Positions 18,735 through 28,458 of a DNA stretch of 64,000 bases are shown piece by piece. This stretch comes from Candidatus Multivoradales bacterium (GTDB taxonomy: Bacteria > Acidobacteriota > Thermoanaerobaculia > Multivoradales > JAHEKO01). A program made the position numbers and the translations under genes. How positions within the stretch are numbered: position 1 is the stretch's first letter; every line of letters begins with the position of its first letter. The DNA is taken from positions 2,483,211 to 2,547,210 of the forward strand of contig OZ245024.1 of the NCBI GenBank assembly GCA_965223875.1, given 5' to 3'. Under the pieces are notes generated by a model that did no database searches, had not been told where the DNA came from, and saw only the letters and a program-made list of their open reading frames with translations.

Positions 18735-20171
18735 CTGAACACCGATCACGACAGCGGGAAGCGAACCAAGATCGTCGCCACCGTCGGTCCGGCGTCCGAG
18801 GGCCATCGGGTGCTCTCGGCGCTGTCGGCGGCCGGTACCGACGTCTTCCGGCTGAACTTCAGCCACGGCGGGCGCGACCAGCATGTCGCGGCGGCCGGCC
18901 ACGTCCGGGCGATCGCCGCCGAGACCGGCCGCAACCTGGCGCTTCTCCAGGATCTGCAGGGACCGAAGATCCGCGTCGGGCGCTTCGAGGCCGGCTCGGT
19001 GGAGCTCGAGACCGGGCAGCCGTTTCGCCTCTACCTGTCGGAACGAGACGGCGACGCCGGCGGGGTGAGCCTCTCCTACCCCGACCTGGTCGACAGCATC
19101 GACATCGGACATACGGTGCTCCTCGACGACGGCAACATCCGCCTGCGCATCGTCGACCTGACCACCGAAGCGATCCACACCGAGGTCGAGGTGGGAGGAC
19201 CCTTGAGCGATCTCAAGGGGATCACCGTGCCCGGTGCCGAACCGGCGCTGCCGGCGCTCACCGAGAAGGACATGCGCGACATCGAGCTCGGCGTCGAGCT
19301 CGACGTCGACTGGGTCGCGCAGAGCTTCGTGCAACGTGCCGACGACCTGAAGCTCGCCCGGCATTACCTGGGCCGCTTCGGCTCGACGGCACGGCTGATG
19401 GCCAAGATCGAGACCCCGGCCGCGGTCGCCAGGTTCGACGAGATCCTCGCCGCCGCCGACGGCATCATGGTGGCCCGCGGCGACCTGGGTGTCGAGATGC
19501 CGCCCGAAGAGGTTCCGGTGGTTCAGAAGCGGCTGGTCGAGTGCGCCCACGACGCCGGCAAGCCGGTGGTGACCGCCACCCAGATGCTCGAGTCGATGGT
19601 CCACAACCCGCGACCGACCCGGGCGGAGACGTCGGACGTGGCGAACGCGATCTTCGACGGTACCGACGCGGTCATGCTCTCCGCCGAGACGGCGATCGGC
19701 GCCTACCCGGTCGAGTCGGTAGCGATGATGCGCCGGGTCGCCGCGGTGGTCGAGAGCTCACCGCTGTTCGAGGAGCGCCGCAAGCTGCTGCGACCTGACG
19801 CGACCGACGCCACGCCCAGCGCCATCGCGCATGCGGCCTGTGAGGTCGCCGAGAGTCTCTCCGCACGCGCCATTCTGGTGTTCACCGCCGGCGGCTCTTC
19901 GGCTCTGCGCGTCGCCCGGAACCGGCCCGCGGTGCCGGTCCTGGCCCTCACCCCGAGCCCCAAGGTGCGCGCCACCCTGGCCCTCTCTTTCGGGGTGCGC
20001 GCCGAGCTGGCCCCGGGCGTCGCCGACGCCGACCAGGTCGTCTCGCGCGCTCTGGAAGCCGCCCGCGAGCACGGCCTGGCCGCCGAGGGTGACCGGATCG
20101 TCATCACCGCGGGTGTACCGTTCGGCGTCACCGGAACGACCAACATGGTCTGGGTCGAGCGGGTTCGCTGA
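18735..20171 (+). CDS. pyk: Pyruvate kinase
   Basis: The conserved N-terminus KRTKIVATVGPAS begins at about 18759, with the barrel, FRLNFSHG, MVARGDLG and a C-terminal regulatory domain. There is no in-frame ATG/GTG/TTG between 18704 and 18759. A CTG at 18735 with GGAG 7 nt upstream is the best start candidate; the upstream in-frame ATG at 18441 would give an S/T/P-rich extension antisense to tusA. Confidence 0.85.
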   Translation: MNTDHDSGKRTKIVATVGPASEGHRVLSALSAAGTDVFRLNFSHGGRDQHVAAAGHVRAIAAETGRNLALLQDLQGPKIRVGRFEAGSVELETGQPFRLYLSERDGDAGGVSLSYPDLVDSIDIGHTVLLDDGNIRLRIVDLTTEAIHTEVEVGGPLSDLKGITVPGAEPALPALTEKDMRDIELGVELDVDWVAQSFVQRADDLKLARHYLGRFGSTARLMAKIETPAAVARFDEILAAADGIMVARGDLGVEMPPEEVPVVQKRLVECAHDAGKPVVTATQMLESMVHNPRPTRAETSDVANAIFDGTDAVMLSAETAIGAYPVESVAMMRRVAAVVESSPLFEERRKLLRPDATDATPSAIAHAACEVAESLSARAILVFTAGGSSALRVARNRPAVPVLALTPSPKVRATLALSFGVRAELAPGVADADQVVSRALEAAREHGLAAEGDRIVITAGVPFGVTGTTNMVWVERVR

Positions 20172-20177
20172 CCGGAC

Positions 20178-21527
20178 TCAGTCCAGAGCCGGCTGCGTCG
20201 CCCCGCTCTGTCGCCGCACCCAGTCGACCTGCATCGGCAGGTAGCCGGGAGCGTAGCCAACGATCTCGCGCTCGGTCCCCTTCTGCTCGAAGGCGAGGAT
20301 GCCGTGCTCGGCCTCGGGAAAGACCTCGATCTCGATGGGTCGTCCTTCGCCTCGCAGCGCCTCGAGCTCGTCGATCGACCAGCCGGTGGGCATGCTCGAG
20401 TCCTCACCGCCGAAGATCCAGAGACTCGGGATATCGAGTGAGGCGACGGTCGGGACGGGATCGTAGAGTCGGTCGATGAACGGTGGATCGCCCCCCAGGC
20501 TCCACCAGGCGTAGAGGCGGATCGCCCACCAGGGCAACGCCGTTCCGGTCAGGAACCCGATCATCGAGTCGCTGCCTTCGACGGCGCCGAACCACGGCTC
20601 GTCTTCCGCCTCCTCGAGCGCCTCGCGGAGCTCGCCCCAGCGATCCAGCTCGCGGTCGATGATGTCGCTGGCGATCCGGTTGATCGCATCGACCTCCGCC
20701 ACCGCCTCGTCGCCGAAGCCTTCCTGGGCCAGCGCGTAGACGTAGCCCCAGCGATCCTCGCCGGTGACCGGGACCATCGGACCGTAGTTGATCAGCAGGC
20801 TTCGTACGGCCGCCTTGGTGGCCGCCAACGGAGCGATCCAGCCGCCCTGGCTGTAGCCGGCCAGGTGGATGTCGTCCGGATCGATCCCGGGTTGCCGGCG
20901 GAGCCACTCGACCGCCGCCGCGGTGTCGTCCGAGAGCAGGTGGAAGTTCTGGGTGAACTCCCCATCGGATTCGCCGGTGCCGCGCTTGTCGTACACCAGA
21001 CCGGCGATTCCGTGAGCGGCGAACAGATAGGGGCTGTAGTAGGTGTCGACGGCGCTCTCGCTGCCCGACCCGTGGACAGCGATCACCGCCGGGAAGGGTC
21101 CATCGCCGGCAGGCAGCACGAGCTTGGCGCGCAGCTCGAGCTCGCCGCTCGTGATGCTTCCAGGGACCTCCGGAAGGTCGAGGCGCCGTGCCCGCTGCGC
21201 CGCTCCTCCCTGGCTCCACGCGAGACCCGGCTCCGGTGGCAGGTCGAAACGGACCGTGACTTCGACTGGATCGCGACCGCTCCACCCGGGTCCGGCCTCG
21301 AAGCTTCTATCGCCCACCGGCCAGAGCGCCCGGCTCTCGCCGCTCAACATGCGGTAACGCAGCGTGTCGCCCTCCCGAGGGGTGACGACGACCGGCCGTC
21401 CGTCGTCGAGCCGGTAGGCACCGGTGAACCGCGTGTCGAGCGCCGCCTCGCGGAAGAAGAAGAACCACGCCGCCACGGCAACCGCCGGAACCACGAGAAG
21501 GAGAGTCGTTCGTTTTCGCAGACGCAT
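20178..21527 (-). CDS. Alpha/beta hydrolase (dienelactone hydrolase/S9-like) with N-terminal extra domain
   Basis: N-terminal TM/signal MRLRKRTTLLLVVPAVAVAAWFFFF. HGSGSES...GYSQGG nucleophile elbow (GxSxG); an about 120-aa domain precedes the hydrolase fold. 3' end convergent with pyk, 6 bp apart. Confidence 0.7.
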   Translation of the reverse strand: MRLRKRTTLLLVVPAVAVAAWFFFFREAALDTRFTGAYRLDDGRPVVVTPREGDTLRYRMLSGESRALWPVGDRSFEAGPGWSGRDPVEVTVRFDLPPEPGLAWSQGGAAQRARRLDLPEVPGSITSGELELRAKLVLPAGDGPFPAVIAVHGSGSESAVDTYYSPYLFAAHGIAGLVYDKRGTGESDGEFTQNFHLLSDDTAAAVEWLRRQPGIDPDDIHLAGYSQGGWIAPLAATKAAVRSLLINYGPMVPVTGEDRWGYVYALAQEGFGDEAVAEVDAINRIASDIIDRELDRWGELREALEEAEDEPWFGAVEGSDSMIGFLTGTALPWWAIRLYAWWSLGGDPPFIDRLYDPVPTVASLDIPSLWIFGGEDSSMPTGWSIDELEALRGEGRPIEIEVFPEAEHGILAFEQKGTEREIVGYAPGYLPMQVDWVRRQSGATQPALD

Positions 21528-21634
21528 TACAAGCCCTTTTTCTCAGACGGCAAGAGCCCCGCTCGGGTTTCGCTGGAAGAGCAAAAAACTCCACCGCGCA
21601 TCCCGCCACCACCCGGGTCGCGAGAAGGACCGTT

Positions 21635-22261
21635 GTGGCCGCCCGGCCTCGATTCGAACCCTTCGCGCCCCAGCCGCCTCTGATAGACAAGGAGGGAGCT
21701 TTGGAAAGCGGACGGAAAGCGGCGCTGCGAGTCCTGCGGGCCCAGTCGGGCAACAGACAGGCGCTCGAGGAGATCTTCGAAGAGCTCCAGGGGCCGCTGT
21801 TCGGCTTCATCCGCTCGATCGTCGCCGAACGCGCTCTGGCCGAGGATGTGCTGCAGGACGTCTTCGTACTGATCTACAGAAAGCTCGTCTGGCTCCGGGA
21901 CCCGTCGCTGCTGCGGCCCTGGGCCTACCGCATCGCCAGTCGCGAGGCGGTTCGACGCGTCAAGCGCGAGCGACGCTTCCAACCGCTGGAGGAAGAGCCG
22001 GCGGAGGCTCTTCCCGACCCGGACATCACCGACCCGGACATGCGCCACCTAGCGGCACGGCTGCCCGAGCTGATCCAGCACGTCTCGCCGGCCAGCCGGG
22101 TCGTGCTCGGTCTCCACTACCTCGAGGAGCTCTCTCTGCCGGAGGTCGCCGCCGTCCTCGGCATTCCGGTGGGAACCGCCAAATCGAGACTTGCCTACGG
22201 GCTCACCGTGCTTCGAAAGGAGCTCGAGTGCAGCCCATGCGAAGAAAGGAACGACCCATGA
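21635..22261 (+). CDS. ECF-type RNA polymerase sigma-70 factor
   Basis: Region 2 (DVLQDVFVLIYRKL) and region 4 (LPEVAAVLGIPVGTAKSRL) signatures are present. The more likely start is TTG at 21701, which has GGAGG 5 nt upstream and gives 186 aa. Confidence 0.8.
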   Translation: MAARPRFEPFAPQPPLIDKEGALESGRKAALRVLRAQSGNRQALEEIFEELQGPLFGFIRSIVAERALAEDVLQDVFVLIYRKLVWLRDPSLLRPWAYRIASREAVRRVKRERRFQPLEEEPAEALPDPDITDPDMRHLAARLPELIQHVSPASRVVLGLHYLEELSLPEVAAVLGIPVGTAKSRLAYGLTVLRKELECSPCEERNDP

Positions 22262-22548
22262 GTGCGAGCGACCTCGACAACATCCGGCAGGGCGCCCTGG
22301 AGCGCATCGACAAGAGCCGCAAGTCGGCCATCGCCTTCCTGGTGGCCGCCGGAGTCTTCGAAGCCGGTGTGCTGCTGATCGTGCTGATGACGATGGACTT
22401 CGACGACACCACGCACCTGCTGATCTTCCTCTGCGCCTGCCTGGTCTACTGCCCCCTTGCCTTCGGACTGTTCGCCCTGCGGGCCTTCATCGACATGTCG
22501 GCGGAGCGGGTGCTGCGGGCGATCGAGCTACTCGGCGAGGAGAGCTAG
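22258..22548 (+). CDS. Small two-TM membrane protein co-transcribed with ECF sigma (possible anti-sigma/partner)
   Basis: ATGA overlap with the sigma factor stop. 96 aa with two hydrophobic helices. No zinc-finger anti-sigma motif, so the function is unassigned. Confidence 0.4.
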   Translation: MSASDLDNIRQGALERIDKSRKSAIAFLVAAGVFEAGVLLIVLMTMDFDDTTHLLIFLCACLVYCPLAFGLFALRAFIDMSAERVLRAIELLGEES

Positions 22549-22614
22549 AGCAGTTAGCCTGCCCACACCGGCGCCAGGGGCCCCGGCACCGACCACGGCA
22601 GACCAGCCGGCGCC

Positions 22615-24282
22615 TCAGGGCAGGACCCGGATCTCGTATTCTTCCGAGACGTCCGGCCACCAGGCGATCTCGCCCTGGAGCTTGAGCTTCCAGGTAATCG
22701 CCGCAGGGCCCTCGGCTGTTGGTGCGGCGGCCTCCGGGACGGTGAAGCTCGCCGTACCGGACGCCAGCTGGCGGCCCGGTCCTCGCTCGAAGATCTCGAT
22801 GGTGTCGACGACCTCGGTGTTCGTACTGGTCGAGACACCGCTCTCGCTCTCGGTGGTCTCAGTCGTCGTCCGGCTGCATTCGAGCCAGACACGCAGGCCC
22901 CGGAGGCGACTGGTCCAGCCGGTGAACGACCACTCGATCTGCGCCGATTCACCGGCCGGGATGGCGCTGCGGTCGAGCTTCAACCGCGGGCGGGGATTCG
23001 CCAGTGCCAGGACGCTGTACGGGATTCCCGCGAGGAGCAGGAGGCCGATCAGCACGAACGGGGTGAGGAAGAGGGCCAGGAACCAGTCGCGACTTCCGGC
23101 CATCCAGTCCTTCACGAAGACCCAGACGAAGACCGAGACCAGGCCGTTCCAGAGCAGAGCCACCGCGACGCTGCATCCGAGCTTTCCGAGGGGGCCGGAC
23201 GCCGGCTCGAGCTCCACTGGTCCCGACGGCGTCGCCACAGGTGGACGCCAATGTGGGCCGGCGGCGCTCTTCTTCGCCGCGCGGGCCCCCCAGGCGACGA
23301 AGATCATTCCACCGAGGCCGACCAGGGCGAAGAGGAGCGGCACGAGGCCGAAGAGGAAGTCGGTCGAGAAGCCACGCTCGATCACCGCGTCGAAGGGATC
23401 TTCGGGATTGACCCAGCAGGTGACCTCGGCTCCCTCCGGAATGCGCGCCGCCGCCTCCGCTTTGGACTCGTAGCCGCCCGAGGAGCCGCCCATGAACCGG
23501 TAGCGGTTCGAGCGGTGCTCGCGTCCGTCGATCTCGTAGCGGTAGAGCGCCTCGACGCTGTAGGTGTCGCTATCGTCGCCGCTGTGGGTCACGACGCCGC
23601 TCGACAGGATCTCGCATGGCACCGGTTGCCAGGAGCGAGCCTCCATCACCTGAAGGGCCGGAAGGACGAAGAACGGCACCAGGAAGCCGACACCGAAGAG
23701 GAAGAAGATGCCGAAGAAGGCGGTCAGCAACCCGACGCCCGCCACGGGCTTGGCTTTCTCCATGGCGGTCGCAGAGGCCCCGGTCCGGTCAGGCTCGGTG
23801 TCCCGACCGAGCCGCAGGACGAGCCAGATTCCACCAGCACCGACGGCACAGAAGACCAGCGGCAGCAGGATCCAGAAGCCGCGCCACAGGTTCGCCCGAA
23901 CCAGGTAGGCGTTGGACGGCTCGTCCGGATCGACCCAGCAGGCGACCCGGCGACCGGCCTCGTAGCGCGATACCAGCCGCTCGACCTCGGCGATGCGCTC
24001 GAAGCTCGAGCCGCTGTGGCGGTACTCGACTCCGGAGAAGCGCTCACCACGATGGCTCCAGGAGTAGGAGACGCGAAAGCCGTAGTCTCCCGTCTCCGTC
24101 TGCTCGACCACCTCTGAGGTCTCGATGGTGCAAGTCGACGGGTCCCAGGAGTAGGTCGCGACGGCCTGGAGCCAGTCGATCACCATGGCGACCGCCAACA
24201 GGGCACCGATGCCCGTGAACACCGAGAGCAGGACAATCGTCAGCGCTCGTTTGCCGCGCGACTTCGACCGATCGGTGCTCAT
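22615..24282 (-). CDS. Membrane protein with two tandem DUF3592-like modules
   Basis: A TM helix, an about 100-aa beta-rich domain and another TM are present twice (CTIETSEVVEQ... and CEILSSGVVTHS...), plus a further TM bundle and a C-terminal domain. The DUF3592 assignment is from memory. Confidence 0.5.
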   Translation of the reverse strand: MSTDRSKSRGKRALTIVLLSVFTGIGALLAVAMVIDWLQAVATYSWDPSTCTIETSEVVEQTETGDYGFRVSYSWSHRGERFSGVEYRHSGSSFERIAEVERLVSRYEAGRRVACWVDPDEPSNAYLVRANLWRGFWILLPLVFCAVGAGGIWLVLRLGRDTEPDRTGASATAMEKAKPVAGVGLLTAFFGIFFLFGVGFLVPFFVLPALQVMEARSWQPVPCEILSSGVVTHSGDDSDTYSVEALYRYEIDGREHRSNRYRFMGGSSGGYESKAEAAARIPEGAEVTCWVNPEDPFDAVIERGFSTDFLFGLVPLLFALVGLGGMIFVAWGARAAKKSAAGPHWRPPVATPSGPVELEPASGPLGKLGCSVAVALLWNGLVSVFVWVFVKDWMAGSRDWFLALFLTPFVLIGLLLLAGIPYSVLALANPRPRLKLDRSAIPAGESAQIEWSFTGWTSRLRGLRVWLECSRTTTETTESESGVSTSTNTEVVDTIEIFERGPGRQLASGTASFTVPEAAAPTAEGPAAITWKLKLQGEIAWWPDVSEEYEIRVLP

Positions 24283-24349
24283 CAGGCCGGATTCTACGCG
24301 GACGAGGACCCTACCGCCGGCAGGGCCCTGAAGCCTATGTAAACCGACC

Positions 24350-24378
24350 TTGACATAAAGAAGTGCCTCCTTTACAGT
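24350..24378 (+). promoter_or_regulatory. Sigma70-like promoter (TTGACA, 17-bp spacer, TACAGT) upstream of the membrane-protein/XRE pair
   Basis: Read directly, in a locally AT-richer intergenic region about 45 nt upstream of the ATG at 24423. Nearby gtaaag/ctttac inverted elements could be an operator. Confidence 0.35.
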
Positions 24379-24422
24379 TCGTCTTGCCTAGCACCCTTGA
24401 CACCAAGTAAAGGACCAATGAC

Positions 24423-24866
24423 ATGACGTCAGATGATCCCAGACCCTCCTTCCGCGACTCTCTGGAGTCCTGCCACTCCATGCCGCAACGCGACCGGCGC
24501 AACGCCCGAAGAGCGAACTGGCTGCTCTTCTTCTGGGCGGTGACCTTTCTCCCCGCTCTCTACCTGTTCCGGCGTGGGCACATGCCGCCGGGAGCCGTCT
24601 CGTACGTTGCCGTCGCCGTTCCCATCGCTCTCGCCATCGCCGGAGTCATCGCCTACATACGGTTCCTGCGCGAGGCCGACGAGTTGCAGCGCCAGATCCA
24701 GCTCGAAGCGCTGTCGCTCGGGTTCGGAGCCGGCTTCGTGGCCAGCTTCGGCCTGCAACTGCTCGAGGAGCTGGGCCTGGGCGAGTTCGGCGCTCCCGAC
24801 ACCTTCTCGGTGATGGTCTTCTTCTATCTCGCCGGGATGCTCCTCGGCACCAGGCGGTACCGGTGA
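24423..24866 (+). CDS. Small 4-TM membrane protein (DUF2178-like partner of XRE regulator)
   Basis: 147 aa with hydrophobic helices. It overlaps the downstream HTH gene by 4 bp; this pairing is a recurrent two-gene module. Confidence 0.45.
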   Translation: MTSDDPRPSFRDSLESCHSMPQRDRRNARRANWLLFFWAVTFLPALYLFRRGHMPPGAVSYVAVAVPIALAIAGVIAYIRFLREADELQRQIQLEALSLGFGAGFVASFGLQLLEELGLGEFGAPDTFSVMVFFYLAGMLLGTRRYR

Positions 24867-25057
24867 AGAATCGTCTGAAGGTTCTGCGGGCGGAGCGCGA
24901 CTGGACCCAGGCGCGGCTGGCGGCCGCGCTCGAGGTCTCGCGTCAGACCGTCAACGCGATCGAGACCGGCAAGTACGATCCCAGCCTGCCCCTCGCATTC
25001 CGCATAGCCCGGCTGTTCGGGATGCCGATCGAGGAGGTCTTCGATCCCGGTGAATAG
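24863..25057 (+). CDS. XRE-family (Cro/C1-type) HTH transcriptional regulator
   Basis: GTG start. 64 aa; LKVLRAERDWTQARLAAALEVSRQTVNAIETGKYDPSLPLAFRIARLFGMPIEEVF is a canonical HTH_XRE (YozG-like). Confidence 0.8.
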   Translation: MKNRLKVLRAERDWTQARLAAALEVSRQTVNAIETGKYDPSLPLAFRIARLFGMPIEEVFDPGE

Positions 25058-25244
25058 GGGGTTGCGAGCGGCAGTAGAGTGTGTGACGGCGCCGACGGCC
25101 GGCACGCCGTGCCCTCAGTCGAAGGGGGGCCGGCCGCTTCAGAAGTGAGGAGGACAGCCATACGAGAGAGGCGTGGCACCTCGAGACGGCCACGGTCGGC
25201 TCAGAGGCGGGCCGCATCAGAAAACGAAGAGGACGAGAATCCTG

Positions 25245-25985
25245 ATGATCGAAGCAAAGAACCTGACCAAGACGTTCAAGGACAAGGAGCGCGGAGAGGT
25301 CGTCGCGGTCGACAACCTCTCCTTCAGTTGTAGGCAGGGAGAGGTCTTCGGCCTGCTCGGCCCGAACGGCGCCGGGAAGACCACCACCCTGCGGATCCTC
25401 TCGACGGCTCTCAAACCGACGTCGGGCACCATCATGGTCGATGGGGTCGACGTCGCCAGGGACCCGGGTGAGGTGCGGCGTCGCATCGGCTTCCTGTCGG
25501 GATCGACCGGTCTCTACCCCCGTCTGACACCTCGCGAGATCGCCCGCTACTTCGGGCGGCTCTACGGAATGGCGGACGCCGACATCGATCGACGCACCTC
25601 CGAGCTGTTCGCGCGGCTCGACATGGAGGACTTCGCCGACCGGCGCGCCGACGTGCTGTCCACCGGTCAGAAGCAGAAGGCCTCGATCGTGCGAACGGTC
25701 ATCCACGAGCCACCGATCGTCGTCTTCGACGAGCCCACCTCGGGCCTCGACGTCATGACCTCGCGCGAGATCATCCGGCTCATTCACGAGTGTAGGGAGG
25801 AGGGGCGCTGCGTCGTCTTCTCGACCCACTACATGGCAGAGGCCAACCGGCTCTGCGATCGCATCGCCGTGGTCCACGAAGGAAAGCTGATCGCCGAGGG
25901 CACTCCGGAGGAGGTCCGGCAGCGCTCCGGCGCCGCCGATCTCGAGGAGGCCTTCCTGGCGCTCATCGAGGGGGTGGCGGCATGA
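25245..25985 (+). CDS. ABC transporter ATP-binding protein (NatA-like)
   Basis: Walker A GPNGAGKTT, signature LSTGQKQK, Walker B VVFDEPTSGLD. Confidence 0.9.
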   Translation: MIEAKNLTKTFKDKERGEVVAVDNLSFSCRQGEVFGLLGPNGAGKTTTLRILSTALKPTSGTIMVDGVDVARDPGEVRRRIGFLSGSTGLYPRLTPREIARYFGRLYGMADADIDRRTSELFARLDMEDFADRRADVLSTGQKQKASIVRTVIHEPPIVVFDEPTSGLDVMTSREIIRLIHECREEGRCVVFSTHYMAEANRLCDRIAVVHEGKLIAEGTPEEVRQRSGAADLEEAFLALIEGVAA

Positions 25986-27571
25986 GCCTGCGCAATCTCT
26001 CGATCGTCTTCCGCAAGGAGATCCTCGACATCGTCCGCGATCGGCGCACCCTGATCTTCATGGTCCTGCTCCCGGTCGTCGTCATGCCGGGCATCTTCGG
26101 TCTGATGGGAAAGCTCACCTCGTCGGGCGTTCAGCGCCTGCGCGAGGACACCTCGACGGTCGCCCTCATCGGCGAGGCGAACGCACCGGCGATGGGCCGC
26201 CTCATCCGCGGCCTCGACCAGGCGAGCGGCAACATGGCCTTCTTCATGGAGCTGGCCGATCCGGTCCTCGCCGGTGGTCTGCGGCACATGCTCACCGACG
26301 ACGAGAGCGAGGACATGCGCCTGGCGACCGCGGCCCGCGAGTCGCTCACCGACGACGACCTCGGCGACGCCCGTTTCCTCGACCTGGTCGCCTTCGAGCC
26401 CGCCACCGACAAAGGCCGCGAACTCCTCTCCACCGGCATGCCGACCTTCCTCGCCGACGCCGCGCGAACCCGCCTCGTCGGCTCGGCGATGGTCCTGTTC
26501 GAACAGGGATTCCTCGGTGCCGACGCCGACGCCGAGCCCGATACGGGCCGCCTGGAGGATCTGGGCGTGCTGGCGGACTACGAGCGGATCAGGGCGATGG
26601 ACGCGACCGGGTTCGAGGCGCTCGAGACCGACCTCGACGCGCTCGAGATCTTCGGCCAGGAGCTCACGGCGGCGCTCGAATCGAACCGCTTCCACGCCAT
26701 CCTGGTGCTCCACGAGGGGTTCCACGACGCGCTCCATGCCGACGGCACCGCTCGCTACAGTGTCTTCTACGACGAATCGGTCGACAAGTCGGCCATCACC
26801 GATCGCAAGATCACCCGCTTCCTCGACCGGCTGTCGACCGGCATCGTGCGCTGGCGAGTCGTCGGTCATGACCTCGATGCGACGGTCCTGACCCCGATGC
26901 AGGTGAACGACGTCAATATCGGGCGCGAGCGCAGCATTCTCTCGGTTCTTCTGCCCTACATCGTCATCCTGATGTGCTTTCTCGGCGCGATCTTCCCCGC
27001 CATCGATCTCGGCGCAGGGGAGAAGGAGCGCGGCACCCTCGAGACGCTTCTGGTCACACCCGCCAAACGGACCGAGCTGGTACTGGGCAAGTTCCTCGTC
27101 ATCACGCTCTCGGCCCTGATCGCCGCGATGCTCAACATCGGCAGTCTCACCATGAGCGTCAAGCTCGGCATGATGAAGGCGATGGGCGCGGCGGGAATCA
27201 AGTTCGATCCGATGGCCGTTCTGGTCTCGGCCATCTCGATGCTCCCGGTGGCCGCGCTCTTCGCCGCCGCCCTGCTGGCGATCTCGATCTTCGCGCGCAC
27301 CTACAAGGAGGCGCAGAGCTACACCGGACCGATCCAGTTCGTCGTCATCGTGCCGGCGCTGGTCTCGTTCATGCCCGGCATCGAGCTGACGATCCCGCTG
27401 GCCATGGTGCCGTTGGTCAACGTCTCGCTGGTGCTCAAGGAGGCGTGGTCGGGCATCTTCCAGTGGGACTGCATCGCCGTTCTGCTGATCTCGTCCGCGG
27501 TCTACGCGGCGGCGATGCTCGCCTTCTGCGTGCGCTGGTTCCAGCGCGAGGAGGTGCTCTTCCGGACCTGA
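25982..27571 (+). CDS. ABC-2 family permease (NatB-like)
   Basis: ATGA overlap with the ATPase. N-terminal TM, a large extracytoplasmic loop, then 5 C-terminal TM helices. Confidence 0.75.
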   Translation: MSLRNLSIVFRKEILDIVRDRRTLIFMVLLPVVVMPGIFGLMGKLTSSGVQRLREDTSTVALIGEANAPAMGRLIRGLDQASGNMAFFMELADPVLAGGLRHMLTDDESEDMRLATAARESLTDDDLGDARFLDLVAFEPATDKGRELLSTGMPTFLADAARTRLVGSAMVLFEQGFLGADADAEPDTGRLEDLGVLADYERIRAMDATGFEALETDLDALEIFGQELTAALESNRFHAILVLHEGFHDALHADGTARYSVFYDESVDKSAITDRKITRFLDRLSTGIVRWRVVGHDLDATVLTPMQVNDVNIGRERSILSVLLPYIVILMCFLGAIFPAIDLGAGEKERGTLETLLVTPAKRTELVLGKFLVITLSALIAAMLNIGSLTMSVKLGMMKAMGAAGIKFDPMAVLVSAISMLPVAALFAAALLAISIFARTYKEAQSYTGPIQFVVIVPALVSFMPGIELTIPLAMVPLVNVSLVLKEAWSGIFQWDCIAVLLISSAVYAAAMLAFCVRWFQREEVLFRT

Positions 27572-27673
27572 GCGGCGTCCCGGCGCGACTCGAGCCCGAA
27601 TCGTAGAGAACCTTGCTCGGCGAACCTCCGGCCTCGTCAACATCAATCCAGGAGAGCTCGGAGAGCCGGGTTC

Positions 27674-28198
27674 TCACCGAATGCCGTCATGAAGCCAGGC
27701 CCCGGTCGAGATCGGGGCCCTGCCGATGTCAGGCCAGTGCAGCCAATAGCTGTCGAGCGGAAGGGCGCCAAAGTGTCGGTAGAAGTCCCTCGACGGGTGA
27801 CCGGGCGGAGCGTCCACGATCACATGGGTGCCTCCGACTTTCTTGAACCAGTCAGCCATCGGCCGCAGGAGGGCCGCGCCGATGCCGCGGCGCTGCTCGG
27901 AAGGGCGGACGAATATCCATTGCAGCTCGCCCTCGCAACCCATGCGGGTCGACAGATGTCCTGCGACGAACCCGACGATCCTTCCGTTGGTGACAGCGAC
28001 GAACATGGCCCGCGGCGCCATGGCGTGACTCGGATGATACGAGCCGTCGAAGTAGCCCTTCACCCGCGGGCGCAGGTGTTCGGCCACGGCTGACTCGTCG
28101 ACCGACTCCGGGTAGGCCTCCGAAGCGACCATGGCCTCAGCCTGCAGGCGAACGACCGCATCGAGATCGGACAGGCCGACCGGACGAACCTCCATCAT
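27674..28198 (-). CDS. GNAT-family N-acetyltransferase
   Basis: RRGIGAALL acetyl-CoA binding motif; 174 aa. Confidence 0.8.
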   Translation of the reverse strand: MMEVRPVGLSDLDAVVRLQAEAMVASEAYPESVDESAVAEHLRPRVKGYFDGSYHPSHAMAPRAMFVAVTNGRIVGFVAGHLSTRMGCEGELQWIFVRPSEQRRGIGAALLRPMADWFKKVGGTHVIVDAPPGHPSRDFYRHFGALPLDSYWLHWPDIGRAPISTGAWLHDGIR

Positions 28199-28458
28199 CC
28201 TACCGACCTACGATCACTCGGAATCGCCACGGGCGACCAGGAGGTTTCGCGACACGCCCTGCATCCTCGGCGCCCATTCTACGGCGCGACCCTCCTCCGA
28301 GCCCGATCCACTCGGCTCGGCGTCAGGTGGTTCCAGCGCGCGTTCTTCAGGACCCCGTTTGCAGAGCTTTCAGTGCCTCTACCGGGCCTGCCCTCGCTCG
28401 AATCATGGGCAAAGCGGCGGGGACGGCCGCACCGTCCCCACCGAGCCTTCGTAATTCC

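Noticed and set aside
22258-22548. Definite anti-sigma factor annotation
   Set aside because: There is no HxxxCxxC zinc-binding anti-sigma domain; only gene position supports it.
21424-22548. 374-aa ORF spanning the sigma factor region in another frame, and the 714-aa N-extended version of the second ABC exporter (42067-44211)
   Set aside because: The upstream parts overlap better-supported genes. Only the downstream segments (22258-22548; 42403-44211) have proper starts with ATGA coupling.
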